64,000 nt of DNA from Takakia lepidozioides. Taxonomy: Eukaryota; Plantae; Bryophyta. The position numbers and the translations under genes are program-made. Shown one piece after another: positions 13,557-27,712 of this stretch. The notes beneath the pieces are model-generated. The model was not told the DNA's origin, did no database searches, and was given only the letters and a program-made list of their open reading frames with translations. Where the stretch lies: positions 42,470,001-42,534,000 of the forward strand of contig CM060732.1 of the NCBI GenBank assembly GCA_030704615.1, read 5' to 3'. The number at the start of each line of letters is the position of its first letter. The first letter of the stretch is position 1.

Positions 13557-16500
13557 ATGTCAAGCTTGTCCCTATTGGGTTTGTCGCAGCTGGGCACTCT
13601 TCCTCTTGCACCATACAGCTGCCATTTGTGTGCTAAGCGAAAGAATTCTTCTACATGTCAACAAGAGGCACAATGTCCTTCAATTGCTCAGAAGTTTGTA
13701 TTGCTGAAGACGATGGCATATGGGAAGGGAAGGCTGGAGCGGGTCGCTGAAATGAAGAGGGAAGAGAGTTCGATCGCAGCAGAGAATGTGCAAACTTCTG
13801 CTAGCCAGGAGGCAAGTCAAGAGCTTCACAATTTTCCACACCTCTCCAACCATTGCTCATAAAATCACGTGTCTGTTTATGTTGTTACCATGCTTTTGTG
13901 AGAGCCGGCAATCGTCTATCCGATGTAAGAGGGTGGGGATGGCAGCAGGTGCTTGCGTCAACTGGTGGAGTAGAGGGCAGGCGACAGATGATACTAGGAG
14001 CTGCGGTTCTTCTCTACTGCTTCTCCCCAGCAGTGGGGAAGGCATTGGTAGCAGCTAAGATCGACTTGAGCAAGGCACCCACACACCCCTTCGATCCTAG
14101 CGATCAACGACTGCGGTCTGCTGCCGCCCTCTTCCAACAGGCCCTTTCTGCCTCTACGGTTGACTGCTACCTACCTCTTTATCTCTCTGTCATTGCAGTT
14201 GATGCGCTCTCTGTCATTGGTTGGCAGATAGGATGCACACACAAGAACGCGACGCCCCTACAGCGCCTGGTCGCTCGTTCCCAGTGTGATCACGTGTTGT
14301 ACGAGCTTAAATTCAAATTCATAGCGGATTTTTAGTGCAATAGCTTGCAATGTGTGTAGGAACTGTTCTTTGGAAGTCGAACTGCCTCGCACACGTACTC
14401 TTTCTGTGACAACAGAGTGTTTTTGCTCACATTGCGTGCAGGTTGAAGAGGAGGAGAGACTGTGGACGGAGGTGATTGACAAGTACCAAAAGGTTGATGC
14501 TGAGTGGGTTCCAGACATTGTGGCAAGAGCATGGGGTAACCGCGGAAACGCTCGCAGTCGCCAGGTCAGCCTTTCTTGACTGTCATCAGAACCAAAACGT
14601 CAGGTTTTATGAAGACCTGATTGAAGTCTCTTTAAGTCTGAATGCCAGCTTACCATGTAGCACCTCCCTTTGCGCGCAGGGCAGATTGGAGCAGGCACTG
14701 GGAGATTTTGATCACTCAATTCGATTGGCTCCGTCTGTAACTCCTGTGTTTCCTGTCTCTTTTGAAGTATCTTGCGAGATCAAGGAAGCTCTTTTGTTTC
14801 CCTTTCAGGATGTCTCTCCTCAGGTTGCAATTAATTTATCCTTGAATTGCTGTACAATCCGACTCTAGTTCTCTCCAGCATTGTGACATTTGGATGAGCA
14901 GGTATGCAGTGGACCCAGTATTGAATCGAGGAGTAGCACTTGAGAGCCTTGGGCGCTATGCAGAGGCTGCAGCGGATTATGAGGCGGTGCTTGTAGCAGA
15001 ACCCAAGGATCCAGCTGCTTGGAACAATCTGGGCAATGTGCAGGTCTATCACAGTGCTGTATGCATTTTAATCACTGAAAGGATAGACTTTACTCATTGA
15101 TTGTGCCATGCAGGATACTTAGAAGAAAAATTATCTGAGGGTTCAGTGTCTGTGGCTTAAGAGTGTTTATGTGTACTGCTGACAATCTCCTGCAGAGTGT
15201 CGCCTTACCGTAACATAATCCAGAAAGGGAGGGGAGAGTTTAGAGGTTTAACATTGTAGTTTTCTGTGGGGTGGGATAACTGGTGGGTCTGCTAGTAATG
15301 ACAGGGAGGAAGAGCTGACGTTACCATCTTAGTGTGGAAATGTGAACATGGTTGTCTGGTTCAGGCGGCTATGAATAAATGGGATGAGGCGCTGGTCAAT
15401 TATCGCCAAGCTGTGCAGCTTGCTCCAGAGTTCTCTTTTGCAGCTGCCAATTATGCCTTGGTCTTTAGCACTCTTTCTCTCTTTGAAGATTGATTTTCTT
15501 TGGAGCCATGTGATCCATTAGAAGTCATATGTGTGTGAGCTCTGGCATAACTTCTAGCTGTTAGTGTGAGAAAGCTTGAGTTCCATTGCTGGAGTCATCG
15601 GCAACAATTCAGTCTGATGTTGGTTCTTTATTCTGTGTTTCCCAGGCTCTTTATCAAGTTGGCAGAGATAATGAAGCTTTTAAGCAATTCCGGTCTCTTC
15701 TACGAAAATATCCTGAAGTTCTCTCTCCCTCTCTCTTCAAGCCTGTTGAACCTATCTTTGCACTTTGTGAGAAACTAAGTTGTTCTAACATGGTCTACAT
15801 GGTATATATTTACCTCCCTTGGGGAGCTTAATCTGGTGCTGCGAGCTTCATAATCTGCTAAGGCACTTGAGGGACATTTGGGCATATAGCTCTAAAATGT
15901 CATTGGAGAACATAGAAGTTTGCATCTAATTACATCATGATATTGAGCTAATTTAGTCTTGACAAAAAATATATTCGAGAAGCCACCTGGAGCTTGCTCC
16001 TTCCTTCATCAAGACTCAGGTTGGCTGGCTTGTTCATTGCTGTATAATTCAGGCATGTATACTCGTTTCTTTGAAGTTTGTTTGTTACTTTGGGGAGAGG
16101 TCTCAAACTTGAAGCATCCCTACAAAACATGACAGGCTGTCAGGGAGCATGGAGGGAGAGTCCCTTTGGGAAACCTTGATGCTAGATACTGGCAAGATAG
16201 CATGGGGATGCTCTTCCCTTCCCTGTCATTATCACAGCTCTTGCAAGCTAATTCACAGTTTCTTTGGTAGAAAATATACGTATATTTTTCTGTGAGACTA
16301 TTGTTTTTTTTAGTACTTGAGCTCCTTTCTGACAGTCTCCCTTCTCCCGCAGTTTCCGGATGTAAGGGCAGCTTTGGCTGTCTCGCTCTATGCGCAAGGG
16401 CTACCATCGGAAGCAGAAAACAATTGGGGACGAATTGAGGTCACTTTCATACCTGTCAGCATATGTAGGCTACTTTGTAGGAAGAGGTTTAAATCACTGT

Positions 16501-16679
16501 GGACTGAAGTGAGACTAGGGCTTGCAGGCTGTGATCTAAAATCTGAATGTGGTGCATGGTTGCAGGATGGAAGATACAGAGATCGGAATTGGGTTCGGTA
16601 TACTCGCAGGTGGCCGCCGCGGCTGGTTGATGCATTGGAAGCTTTCCTAGATGTGAGACCCATTGTGTTACCAAAGTAG
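13557..16679 (+). CDS. TPR-repeat protein, probably plastid-targeted and cyanobacterial-type; exons ?-14158, 14442-14564, 14680-14732, 14902-15043, 15365-15460, 15646-15717, 16353-16439, 16566-16679 (first exon(s) uncertain)
   Basis: TPR motifs AWGNRGNARSRQGRLEQALGDFDHSIRLAP, VLNRGVALESLGRYAEAAADY and AAWNNLGNVQAAMNKWDEALVNYRQAVQLAP; C-terminus DGRYRDRNWVRYTRRWPPRLVDALEAFL; in-phase GT-AG junctions. The first intron may use a GC donor (AG/GCAAGT, ~13812). Confidence 0.85.
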
Positions 16680-19592
16680 CTGGCTTCAATTCATTTCAGG
16701 CTGTAGATAAGTTAGCTTTTCTGTCTAATCGAATTCTTCTTACTTGCAGTCTAGTGAGTAAAATACTGGAGCAGGACTTTACAGTTTGCTATTAGCCCTT
16801 TCAAAGCTCAAATTTGCCCAACTTTTTTCAGCCATGTTTTGCCCAGCACTGACATGCTGTCACCCCATATTTAAATCCAATCCATGACCATCACAAGCTC
16901 AAATGCATGGGCCCTCTTCATCAGGGTTCTCGATGGAAAGGTTCCCTCCCCCAGACAAGTTACTCTGAATCGATTGTCGCCAAACCCCCTACCCATCCAC
17001 CTAATCACTCAGTTCGAGATGCAGAAAACGAGTCACATTTCATATACAAGCTCACTCAATTCCCTCACAGAAACTGGATCCCGAATTCATGGAAACTAGC
17101 GACCACCCATTGGAGCTCTATGCGTTAGACGCTCTAAGCGAGCAGATGTCCATATTCTCTTCAGCGTCATTACTGGGTGCATGACCTGAACGTGGTTTCT
17201 AGGTTGGAAGGGCTAGCGGATCCCAATTAAGAGAGTGGAAAACGAAAGCATCCATGTCTTGATACTACTGATCACGTATCCTGATCAAGCCTGTATCCTT
17301 TGTGAAGGAGGAGCCTTGTGAAGTCCGGCCCACCTACCGAGCCTTCTAGCGGTGCCTGCAGCGCCATGTGGCCTGTCTACATCAGCTTCGGCATTGGAAA
17401 ATACAACGGACTATTTCCCATGAGGAAACGGCACTCGAAGGAATCGTAGAGTTGAAATCTAACCGTCGGCCTGCTATGCTCGATTCTATTTCTAAGTAGT
17501 TCGGTCGCTCGGCTCACAACACATGACAGCTTCCGATTGGAGTTGTCTCTGTCACCTTGCTGCCATTGAGGCTGCAGTCCACCGGCTTTCGTCATTCATG
17601 GAAATATAGGGAACTAATAGTTATGAAAAGTGGTGGAAGTACAGTGGAGTGATTCAGATCTACAGCATACGCGTGCATACTGCATACATCCTGTCTTTCG
17701 TTGTGTCACGCCCACAACATACCAGCGGGGAGATCATGGCGGATGCTGCAGTACCTTGTCTCTCGCAGTCACCCTCTTTGTACGTTTCTTCCTTAACTAC
17801 TGTATGTTGCATTCATGTTTTGTTGGGTGTTTTCTTCTCGAGTGTGCGGGTGTAGAAAAAGTGAGAGAGTTGAAGCTGACGAGTACAGGCCTTTATCGAA
17901 AGCAATGGAGTTAGTGTGGTATTGACAGAGAAGATTTTGAGAGTAACCAATTTTTGAGAAAAGCAAGGGACCTCATATCGTACCCACACAGATGACAGTC
18001 ATTTTTGGAAACACAAGTTAATAGAATCAATGGACTCCTTAGTCTTAGCTACCAGTGGCTACAATTTCGGGCTTCCAGCTTCCTGGTGGATCAAAGACTA
18101 GTTGACGTTTCCTCGCCATTCTCGGATCAGAGTGGCAATGAATTACATAGTCTTAGCTGCCAGTGGAGTCCAATGTCCGCGTCCACCTTCCTTGTAGTTC
18201 AAAGCCTCGACATTTCCTCCCGTCACATTCATCGTCGGATCACAGTGAAATTGGCGCGGCATGAAATGAAAGGTTCTGCTGTTGATAAGCCTTGAGTTGA
18301 GGTCTTGAACGTAAATCTTTTCAACTCCATCCAACCGCTTTAAGGTAATTGGACGAAGCTCATCAGTTGCTGGAAATGGCGGAGATGGACCTGCTCGGAC
18401 TGGGACCCATCAAGGCCCGCAACACATGATTTGAGCATGATAAGCTTAGGTTCTCATATTTCCTTACACCACGTTAGAAGTGGGGATCCCAAAAGCTTTG
18501 GGAGGGAGAAATGAGGATGAAGGTAGCTATGGTTCAAGGATTGGGTCGCAACGATGGCACGTTTTTTACTTCAGGCACCATAAGCAGAGCGGGGTGTGTG
18601 CTGTCAGTGGGGTTGTATGTTTGGGCATTCTTTGTAACTCATTTCGTGCTGTGATTGGGCAAGGGTGTTTTTCTGACAGTGAAAAAAGCAATTGGCCGAT
18701 TACACTGCTGCCTTACCTCCGATCCTTGGGCAAACAGGACTTGTGGACTTCAGTGCAGACAGCCCGATCTGGCACACCACATTTGACTTCCATGCTTGGA
18801 ACTGTCAGCTGCCCACTTTCAGCATTGTATGCATTGGCAGCCATGCATCACTGTAAGAATTCTGCAAATTACTTGTACATTCAAATTTATATTTTTGGCT
18901 ACCTTCAAGGTTTCAAAATTCTCCACATGGTGACTGAAGATTGACAACCTTGTCTGGAGAACATTGGGAACATCAGGATGATAGAACTCATGGTTCTGAT
19001 TCTAATCAGAACCATTGCATCAAGCCTAGATGATTATGCTGAGATGGTTTTTGTTACATAAATGTTAAAGATTCTTTTGAGAGAATACTAGACTGCTTGT
19101 GCCGTCTTGGTTGAGAGAGCATGTAACAGATACTCTTTTCGTTCTGGTTGTGTGGATGGCTGGGTTTGTAGCCTCAACAAATGAGTCAGCCTCCAAAGAT
19201 GGAGGGTCTTTCACGCACCTCATGGCCTTGAGCGTGCGGGTATGGCTAATGAACTTCGCTCTTATAAATTGTTGTGATTCAGGTGATTCTTCCAACGTTG
19301 TTTCTGAGAGTACTTTGCATAGTACTGGAACGTCTAATTAAGTTCTTCTTTGTCTTCTCTATGAAACAGCATTTAGGTAACCATCTTTGTGGTTACCTAC
19401 CAGCCTAAGTCTATGGCTTTGAAGTGCCATTTCTGTACCAACATGGTTAGAGCTTAAACTCATTATGAATCTGGTTGGGAGCTTTGATTGATGATTTTAA
19501 GATGAGTCCTACGAGACCAATGTAGCTTTCCTCCTACTCCTTTCCCATGCCTGTAGCTGGCTCATTTGTTTGGTTGTTATTTCTCTACGCAG

Positions 19593-22500
19593 TATTGAGG
19601 AAAGAGGGACACAGGAAGAGAGCACTTGATGAATCCAGGACAGACTGGAATCATGCGGATCTGAAAGGCGAGAAAAGACCGTGTTGGGTTGCTGACCTGT
19701 CAAAAAAATCCACTTTCCAGATTCGAGGCGAGCCAATCAATGAGGGAAAGGAATTGGTAAGACCGTCTTCTTTGAGCTCACTGCATCTGCATACTCCACA
19801 TCCTAGGGCATATGTCTGTGAAAGATGTTCTCCCAATTCACATTTTCCCAACTATGTCAGTTGTTTCATGGAACAGATGTGATTCTTCCATCGGGTTAAG
19901 CACTGGTAAGGGTAATCACATAAACATGTGGTGTCTCTACTTTCAAGGTTCTCATGTATGTGGAGCATGAGTTAAAAAAGAAGAAGCAGATGGGCTGCCA
20001 GATAGATAGAGGATGGATGTGAGAAGAATCTGACTGACTGATTGCAACAGGTGGATGGGGCTGGAGAAAGTAAATCTGGTGACCAGGATGGTGGGAGTGA
20101 ACCGATTACTCCTCCTGAGCCAGGAGAGGAGCTGCAGGTATTAAATTGACTAATTTCTGGTGAGGAAATTTTGTCCTTCAATATTTGAGATTATCCAAAA
20201 AGTGTCATTCACTTTAGAAGACCAATGCATTTGGTGTTATCATGATAACAATGAACTAGGAACAGGAACCCGGTTGTTATTTATCTATTGGTATACCAGC
20301 TGAAGGGCCATGGATATCTGTTCTTGTATGCTCCAGTTGGTCCTGGAGTCTGCAACTTAAGCATTCACACAGATGTCAATATCCATTGTTGTTTGGAATT
20401 CTTCATGCTCATCTGGGTGATTATTCGGGCTGACTCAATAGACATCTGATGCTCCTTCAAGCTCACCACCAACCGAAAGCAATGATACAGTGGTAAATAC
20501 TCCTTGATCTGCCCCAGGCTTTACTTCATTTTCTACTGAGCTGTGGTTTGCAAGGGAGGGCCAGAATGCTACACATCGTATCCATTACACTAGTCCATGT
20601 ATTGATAGAAGTGCAAGTGATTAACTGGAATCTTGTCTTGATCACTGGTTAACATTCCAATGCTGCAATGCACTCCCTTCACATAGCCCCAGTAGTAGTT
20701 CAGTCCTTGTTACCAATTGCAGTTTATGACTTCAAGAAAATATTTACTGTTCTATGTGCTAAGTTGTGTTGTGGACAAAATCGCCTGTTACATCGTTCTA
20801 GCTTTTACCCTGCTGTCATTATGTCAGGTGGAGGATAGCGAGGAGGAACTCCAGTCTGAGGAGCAAAGCAGTAAGACCCACCATTTTCAATATGCTACCC
20901 CTCACCTGATGTCCACCTCACGTGTTCAGGGAAAAATACAGCATTATGGGCTTTATGACCTCTTCATAATGACATCCTTTTAAAGTTTTCAGGATTTTCG
21001 TCATTAATGCACTAGGGTCCTATCAGCTTTTTAAGCTTTTTGGTAAACCTTATTTTTTTCATTTTTCATGTTTTGATAAGTGGGTGAACCCTCTGGTGGG
21101 ACATAGGGTTTTGAAATCAAAATGTATTATTGTGAGTTGCTTTGCACATTCCCAATCAGACCTGGAAAGTGAAGAACTGGACTTTATGACATCCTTTTGC
21201 CTGTACACAATGCCCTTCTAGTCGCTTACATGATGTTGGGCTCAAACATGCATACTAGCAGATGAGGACCTGATTCGCAAGGGCAGAGACATCTTTATCC
21301 AGGTGGCCCCTTTGAATCATTCCTGTTGCAATTCATCTTTTGTTTGACAGTCTGCCTGTGTAGACACCAGAAAAAATTGAAGTTATTGCTCTTCGCATAC
21401 ATAGGAGAAGCTGCTTCCCTGAAAGATGTACAGCAGCACAACTGTTATATCCTTGTAGGTCAGCAGGTCCTAACCACCAATTCAAGACCTACATCATTCA
21501 CCATTTTTCATGTACTATCTGTGAATCCACTGTCAAGGAAATTGTGGGGATTCTTGTACTGATCAATGCCCAGTGGACCCTTCTTTGTCCTGGACTATAT
21601 ATTATATTCACAACCTACTACGACAGTTGTTTGATTACATGAACTCAATTCACTTGTTTGCAGATCAACTGAATAGTTGTGCTTGGCTTGACTGCTGGGC
21701 TATTTGCCCTAATGCTTTGATACATCCCTGTTTCCATGGCAACTTCTGCAGACAACATTTGGTTATTGATAACAGAAAAGCAATAGACGAAGAAAAACAC
21801 AGCAGAGAATTCATAGTGAGGAATGGAGTAAACACAACTAAATAAATGTGTGTGGCTGTGGACAGGCCTTCAATTGGGAGTCACATAAGCAGCAATGGTG
21901 GAAGTTGCTCCGAGAGAAGGTACCACAACTTGCTGCCTGGGGTTTCACCTCCATGTGGCTTCCTCCTGCCTTTGAATCTCTGGCCCCCCAAGGTAAGCTT
22001 TTCTGCACATGATTTAGGAGCCCACCCATTCCCTCTTTGTATGTATTCGCCTGTCCTGCTCTTGGTTCTGTTGGTCAACGGCTGTACTTATGCGGAAATC
22101 ATGCTTTATATGATCAGGCTATCTTCCCCGGAACCTCTACAACTTGAACTCAGCGTACGGTAGTGAACGTGAGCTGCGGAATTTGCTGCGAGTTATGCGG
22201 AGAAATAATGTGCTAGCCATGGCGGACATTGTTATTAATCATCGAGTAGGCAGCACTCGGGGGGTCGGAGACCTCTACAATCGTTACGATGGGATGCCCA
22301 TGCCCTGGGATGAGCATGCTGTCACTTCTGATACTGGCGGGCTGGTATGCTCACACTTTTATGTGTTGCATTCGTGATTGTCCATGAGTGAATCTAGGCG
22401 GAAGACAAAACTTGTATGCACAATGGCTGCATGGTGCAGATTGGTGGGCCAAAAATGCAAGGATTTATTGCCTCATTTCCTAAACATGAAGGAAATCTGA

Positions 22501-25297
22501 CTACCATTGCTCTTTGCAGGGAAATCCAAGCACGGGGGAAATTTTCAAGGGCATTCCCAACCTTGATCACACTGGAGAGGTAGTGCGTAACGATTTAAAA
22601 CACTGGCTGCAGTGGCTTCGCAAGGACGTTGGTTTTAACTGCTTCCGTTTTGACTTTGCGAAGGGGTAAGTAGTAAGTAGTAGCTGATTATCACTGCCAG
22701 TTGTAATTTTCCCACAGGATCAGTATCGGAGGGATCCCTGCACCCCTTTTCGGCATTTTACTTCGTAGAAACCTGGCCTAACTGTGATCATGTAGCGGCT
22801 GGGCACTAGGGGTGTCACAGATGTTACACATCAGAACACCAAACGAAACTAATTTTATCCTCTGAGATGGTTCTACTGGGCTGACTTCTGCAGTGGTCAT
22901 AGCTATGGCCAGATTAATCAGAACGCTTGTTTGGGCAATTTGATGGTCCTTGTGTGGCCATTCTGTAACCATGTGCATTTTAATGACTATACATCATGGG
23001 CCAATCTGCTGAGCTGTGATGCCAACTGTGCAGTTTTAGTCCTAAGTTTGTGAAGGAGTACATCGAAGCGTCGATGCCCAGATTGGCTATTGGAGAGTAT
23101 TGGGACACTTGTAGCTATGTTGGCCCTACTTACATCCTTGACTATAACCAAGGTTAGTATGCAGACACTTTCCTTCTTTAAGGAAAGTTTGCAAACTAGG
23201 TGCACCCTCTTCTATGTGTGTAACAAGACCTGCAGTGGTATTTGGTCAGCTTCATGCAGGCACCTGCTAGATTGCCATGCATTTATTAGGGATTTTCTAT
23301 TTCTCTAATATTTCTGAATGTAGGTTCTTACCTATCGCATCACTAATGTGGCATGGAGACTTGGTCAACAATTCTGCCAATCAGTTATTGTTGGCTCTCA
23401 TCAAACTTCATGGGAGCTATTTTCATGTCAACCAAATTGTGTGTGTTCATGCGTAATTGGAAAATTGCTGCAAGGAGTCTATATGAGTGTAAACAATGGA
23501 GTTAAGCCTCACTGTAATAAGAATATCCTTCGTGTACGTTTCATTCTGTTAAACACATGTTGTCCCACAGTGGTAGGTATGGCTGAGATTTGTCGGGGTC
23601 CCTGCAGACAGCCATAGGAAGCGAACTGTGGACTGGATTGATGGCACTGGAGGTTTAGCATGCGCATTTGATTTTACCACTAAAGCTATCCTGCAGGTGT
23701 GGACATCCACCTTCCCATGAGTAACCTCTTTAACATGTTAGCATTAGAAGCTCATTTTTTAAGCTGTTAGGTACGTAAGGCATTGTGAGTAGGGATTGAC
23801 TGCTCCTTACCACCGATGTACTGAAGGACCACCGAACTGCTTGACTAGTGCATGTTCCCAGTCCGTCAGCAAATTCTGCATTCAGGTGGGCAAATGTATT
23901 TGACAGGAAGCGTGTGCAAAGAGAGAGTGGTGGCGTCTCCGTGATGCTCAAGGACGGCCTCCCGGAGTCTTGGGCATGTGGCCTTCTAGAGCCATCACAT
24001 TCATTGACAACCACGACACAGGATCAACACAGGTTGATTGCGAAACCTATAGCACCATGAGTCCAGTAGTTACAAACAGTATTAATAGTTGGCAGTAGAT
24101 GCTATGACAACTGATAAGAGGCTCAGTGTGGAGGCCTTTGCCAAACCATTACAAGATGAGATGGCTCACCGGACACGGTTCCTTGCACGACTACTAAACC
24201 TGAAGAGGAGTGTGATAAACCAAAATGCTGGAAACATTCATTATGCTAGCCATTGGCAGCATCTACTGATGGTGGGAATTGCTTTGCCATCGGCAGGCCC
24301 ACTGGCCTTTTCCAAGGGAGCATGTGCTGCAGGTACTTTTGTCTCTTCTAGTTTTGGTTTTTTGTGATAAGAAGGCAAAGCATCTGAAAGCAAATCTTGT
24401 AAATGTCCAAAAAGCCTTGCCCAAACCAATGGCATGCCAAGAAACCTACCAGGTGTTAGCAACCAGAGGCACCCTTAGAGTGGTCTGGCCTGGGAGCATA
24501 ACCACGCATAGGAAGAAACAAACTAAAATCAAATTGAAGGATTGTTTTAATGAGCCAGTTTGTCAAAGGGTCTACATCAATCTGCATTAGTTTGTTCAAT
24601 ACGAAAAGGTAACTAAGAACTCCATCGTCTCTCTATTGCCTCCTTCTCAATCTACATACACAAGATAAAATTTCCACATTAACTGGGCGTGCAATCACTT
24701 AACAAACAACGGGTGGTGATTATTTCGGTTGTTGATTAATCATTTGATGAGAGAATGGTTCTATGCTTTACTTTTGAAGTCTAATAAAGTGGATGTTTTG
24801 ACCCTGTTTTTGTTTACATTTCGAAGGGCTATGCATACATTCTCACGCATCCCGGTCAACCCTGTGTCTTCTATGATCACCTGTTCGAGTGGGGCAATGC
24901 CACCAAGACAGCGATTCTGGAATTGGTAGGCCATATTCCTTGGTTTGTACCTGGAATTGAAATATTGTGTTGCTCAATTAAAGAATCATTTTATATCATT
25001 TATTCAACAGCTTGTCCACCCATCTGAAAACAGTTAGAACTTACCAGAGTTACACACAGTGGTTCATTCTTTGGTTGGTGGTAGATGCGCATTCGGAGGT
25101 GGCAAGATATTCACAGCCGATCTATCATCGAGATATTGGAGGCAAACTCACGCTTTTATGCAGCACTTGTAGGGGGCAATCTATGTGTGAAATTAGGTGA
25201 CAAAGATTGGATTCCAAAGGACGGACCTTGGGAGCTTTCCACATCAGGTCCTGGTTATGCAATCTGGCAGAGACCCAAACTGTTACTAGCTGCTTGA
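19593..25297 (+). CDS. AMY2: Alpha-amylase (GH13, AMY2-like); exons 19593-19756, 20051-20137, 20442-20492, 20828-20870, 21262-21302, 21866-21992, 22118-22344, 22520-22665, 23034-23152, 23608-23696, 23907-24032, 24297-24332, 24827-24925, 25085-25297; true start is upstream (candidate ATG 17736)
   Basis: [27 protein letters not shown] and DIVINHRVG; catalytic motifs [15 protein letters not shown] and [17 protein letters not shown]; [10 protein letters not shown]. Exon phases are consistent. Confidence 0.93.
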
Positions 25298-26379
25298 AGG
25301 TTTTGGGCCAGATCCAGTAACTCTATCTCGACACAGTTGAAATCTGCTCAGGGAAATTCGAATTCAAGCTCCCAGAGAGACTTCCTAATTGTTAATTACA
25401 GGTGTTTGTGTTCTCAGTTGCTTGCATGTTATATTTTTCTGTCTGGTGCAACCAATGAATGTTGGGCCTCTCTTGAAAGTGCACGTGTGGCAAACAGCTA
25501 CACATTGGGTAACATTGATGATGGATATTTGAGCAACTGAAGAGCCTTCACCAAGAGCCACAACACTCTATTAGTCTCAAGCAACCAATAAATTGCCCAC
25601 CTAACAAAGCCAAAACCCAGGAACACAGAATACCCATCTCTCAGAGGCATGAGGAAGCAACAACTTTGCATGCATTCCTCCTCAGAGGTTGAGTCCACAA
25701 GGGGTGAGAAGACTACTATTGTTGTAAAAATTCTGTTTCTCTAGAGGAGTGTAAATTATTTCCATCACTGCATTGAAGACGAGTTTCCCCTATAAATCTA
25801 TTGATAAGTGTTGGATGTAGACTCATGATAGTCCCACTATGCAACTAACTTACTAGACAGAGAAGCTCACTGTAGAGATGAACTAGAAAACTTACATGCA
25901 GACACATCTCCTCTACTGCTGGTATACCTGCACTATCTGAATATTCCAAGTTTGCACGTTTCTGCTACGCTATAATACAAGTGCCCCAACTGGGTGATCC
26001 CAGAAGTCGAGAATGAATTATAGACGGGACCACATTGCTGAGAATTGCGGGCATCCACAATAGAAAGTCAGTTCAATGCTATCGGGTCATCCACTGCCTG
26101 GGTTTGAGCTGGAAGTATATTTCATGACTGCAGGCAAAGGAGATCCTATGCCATTTTGTAGTCTGGGAGGATCAAGCTTAGGAGCAAAAGTGCCTCAGGT
26201 ATGGATGGAGGTGCCTTGAGTTTCAATTTGCACTCTGATGACGCCGGCCCAAAGATGGCAGCCGTTCTCGGCCCGATATTGCCCCAAACAACGTAGAACT
26301 TGCGGTTTCCAACGAGATTTTGCACCTCTGGCCAGCCTACTGTGCCTAACCTGGAGGATAATTAGTGCGCGGCCACTGG

Positions 26380-26535
26380 GAGCACGGATCCGTTGGCAAG
26401 CGACGGGAGGGGCGTCGTCACCACCGCATGGCAAGGCAGACACTTGGACCCACCCCCTCGCCCTCCCCCGCATTCTAGCCATGTGTGGGCCACTTGGCAT
26501 TTCCCCATCACCCGAGTCCCCCTCTATATAGCTCC
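26380..26535 (+). promoter_or_regulatory. Putative promoter of the small acidic protein gene: E-box-like motifs and TATA box
   Basis: CACTTG twice and CATGTG, then CTATATA at ~26524. A 5'UTR donor AG/GTAAGA follows at ~26666. Confidence 0.4.
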
Positions 26536-27272
26536 ATCCATCGACAACCTAATGCCAAGCTGCTCACTCGTCGCCCACTTCTCGTCAACTCACGTCTTGC
26601 GTATTCCGGAACTATCAGATTCTCCGAGCTTGATTCTTCTGTCAACCGTATTCTAGCACCAAGAGGTAAGATGCAGTTGATGTCAGGTTTGTGTCCCGCT
26701 AGCTATCCTGGGTACTGGGTACAAGTGAGTCAGGCCACGCCCGCTTGCAGTGGTAGCTGAAGTTCTGGATTATATGGGTGGAAAAAGAACGGGGCTGTTG
26801 GCATTTTTGAAATCACCACCTTCCACATAGTCAAGCGCTTTGAGAAGATCTAAACTGATAACTGCTCAAGAAACTGACGTCGTAAATGATTATGGGTGAT
26901 CTGGTTACTGTCTTTGCTTAGAAGTAAGTGACGATAGTAGAATTTAGAGTTTTGTCTAAAGTCTGCCAATGCCTCACGGTATCGAAGTTTTAGCTGCTCA
27001 CAAATTTAGCTATTTAGCGACGAAGCTTATGCAGACTACAAAATCTCGCACTTTGATGTTCAGTCATCTCATACAGACGGAGTATTTGTCGAGTGACAAT
27101 GTTTGGAAGCTGACTACTTTGAAGTTTGTGTAGGCCCTTTTCACATGAATGATAATCTTTGGCATTCAAGTGGGCCCGGATATATGGTATGGCTGTGTTA
27201 CTTTTCTGATATAATAGTGTTTTTTCACGGTATGGCAGGCGAGTCCTTGAGACGGGAGTGGGTTTCACGACA

Positions 27273-27712
27273 ATGGCAGGAACTGGACCTGAGTACGAAT
27301 ATCCAATCACAGGGAAAGACGAACCCATCCCAGTCATCGCCAACGAAGATCCAGTTGCCTATGGGGGTGAGTATACTGAGCCAGTCGTGGGCGAGGACAC
27401 CGACATCCTGGACGATAAAGCAATATCAGGTACATTGTTTTGTTCCATCAGCTTATGTACAGAATGCAGTGGCAGATCCGAGGTTGCAGTCTCTGACATA
27501 CGATTGTATGCATCATGTGTTCTGTAATTTGTCCTGCCTAGTATCGTCGAGCTCTCATGGTTTTGCGATGTCTCCGTGCAGCCGAAGAGGAGCTAGAAAG
27601 CAGAGAAGCTGGAGGATGGTCCGAGGATATGGCGCAGAATGAACCTCTGCCTGGAGAGGAGCCAGATCTGTTGCCCGAGGAAACTGAGACTCTTCCTTCA
27701 GACCGTGGTTGA
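27273..27712 (+). CDS. Small (95 aa) very acidic hydrophilic protein of unknown function; exons 27273-27429 and 27582-27712
   Basis: MAGTGPEYEYPITGKDEPIPVIANEDPVAYGGEYTEPVVGEDTDILDDKAIS/AEEELESREAGGWSEDMAQNEPLPGEEPDLLPEETETLPSDRG*. The phase-1 GT-AG intron joins two exons of matching composition. Confidence 0.7.
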
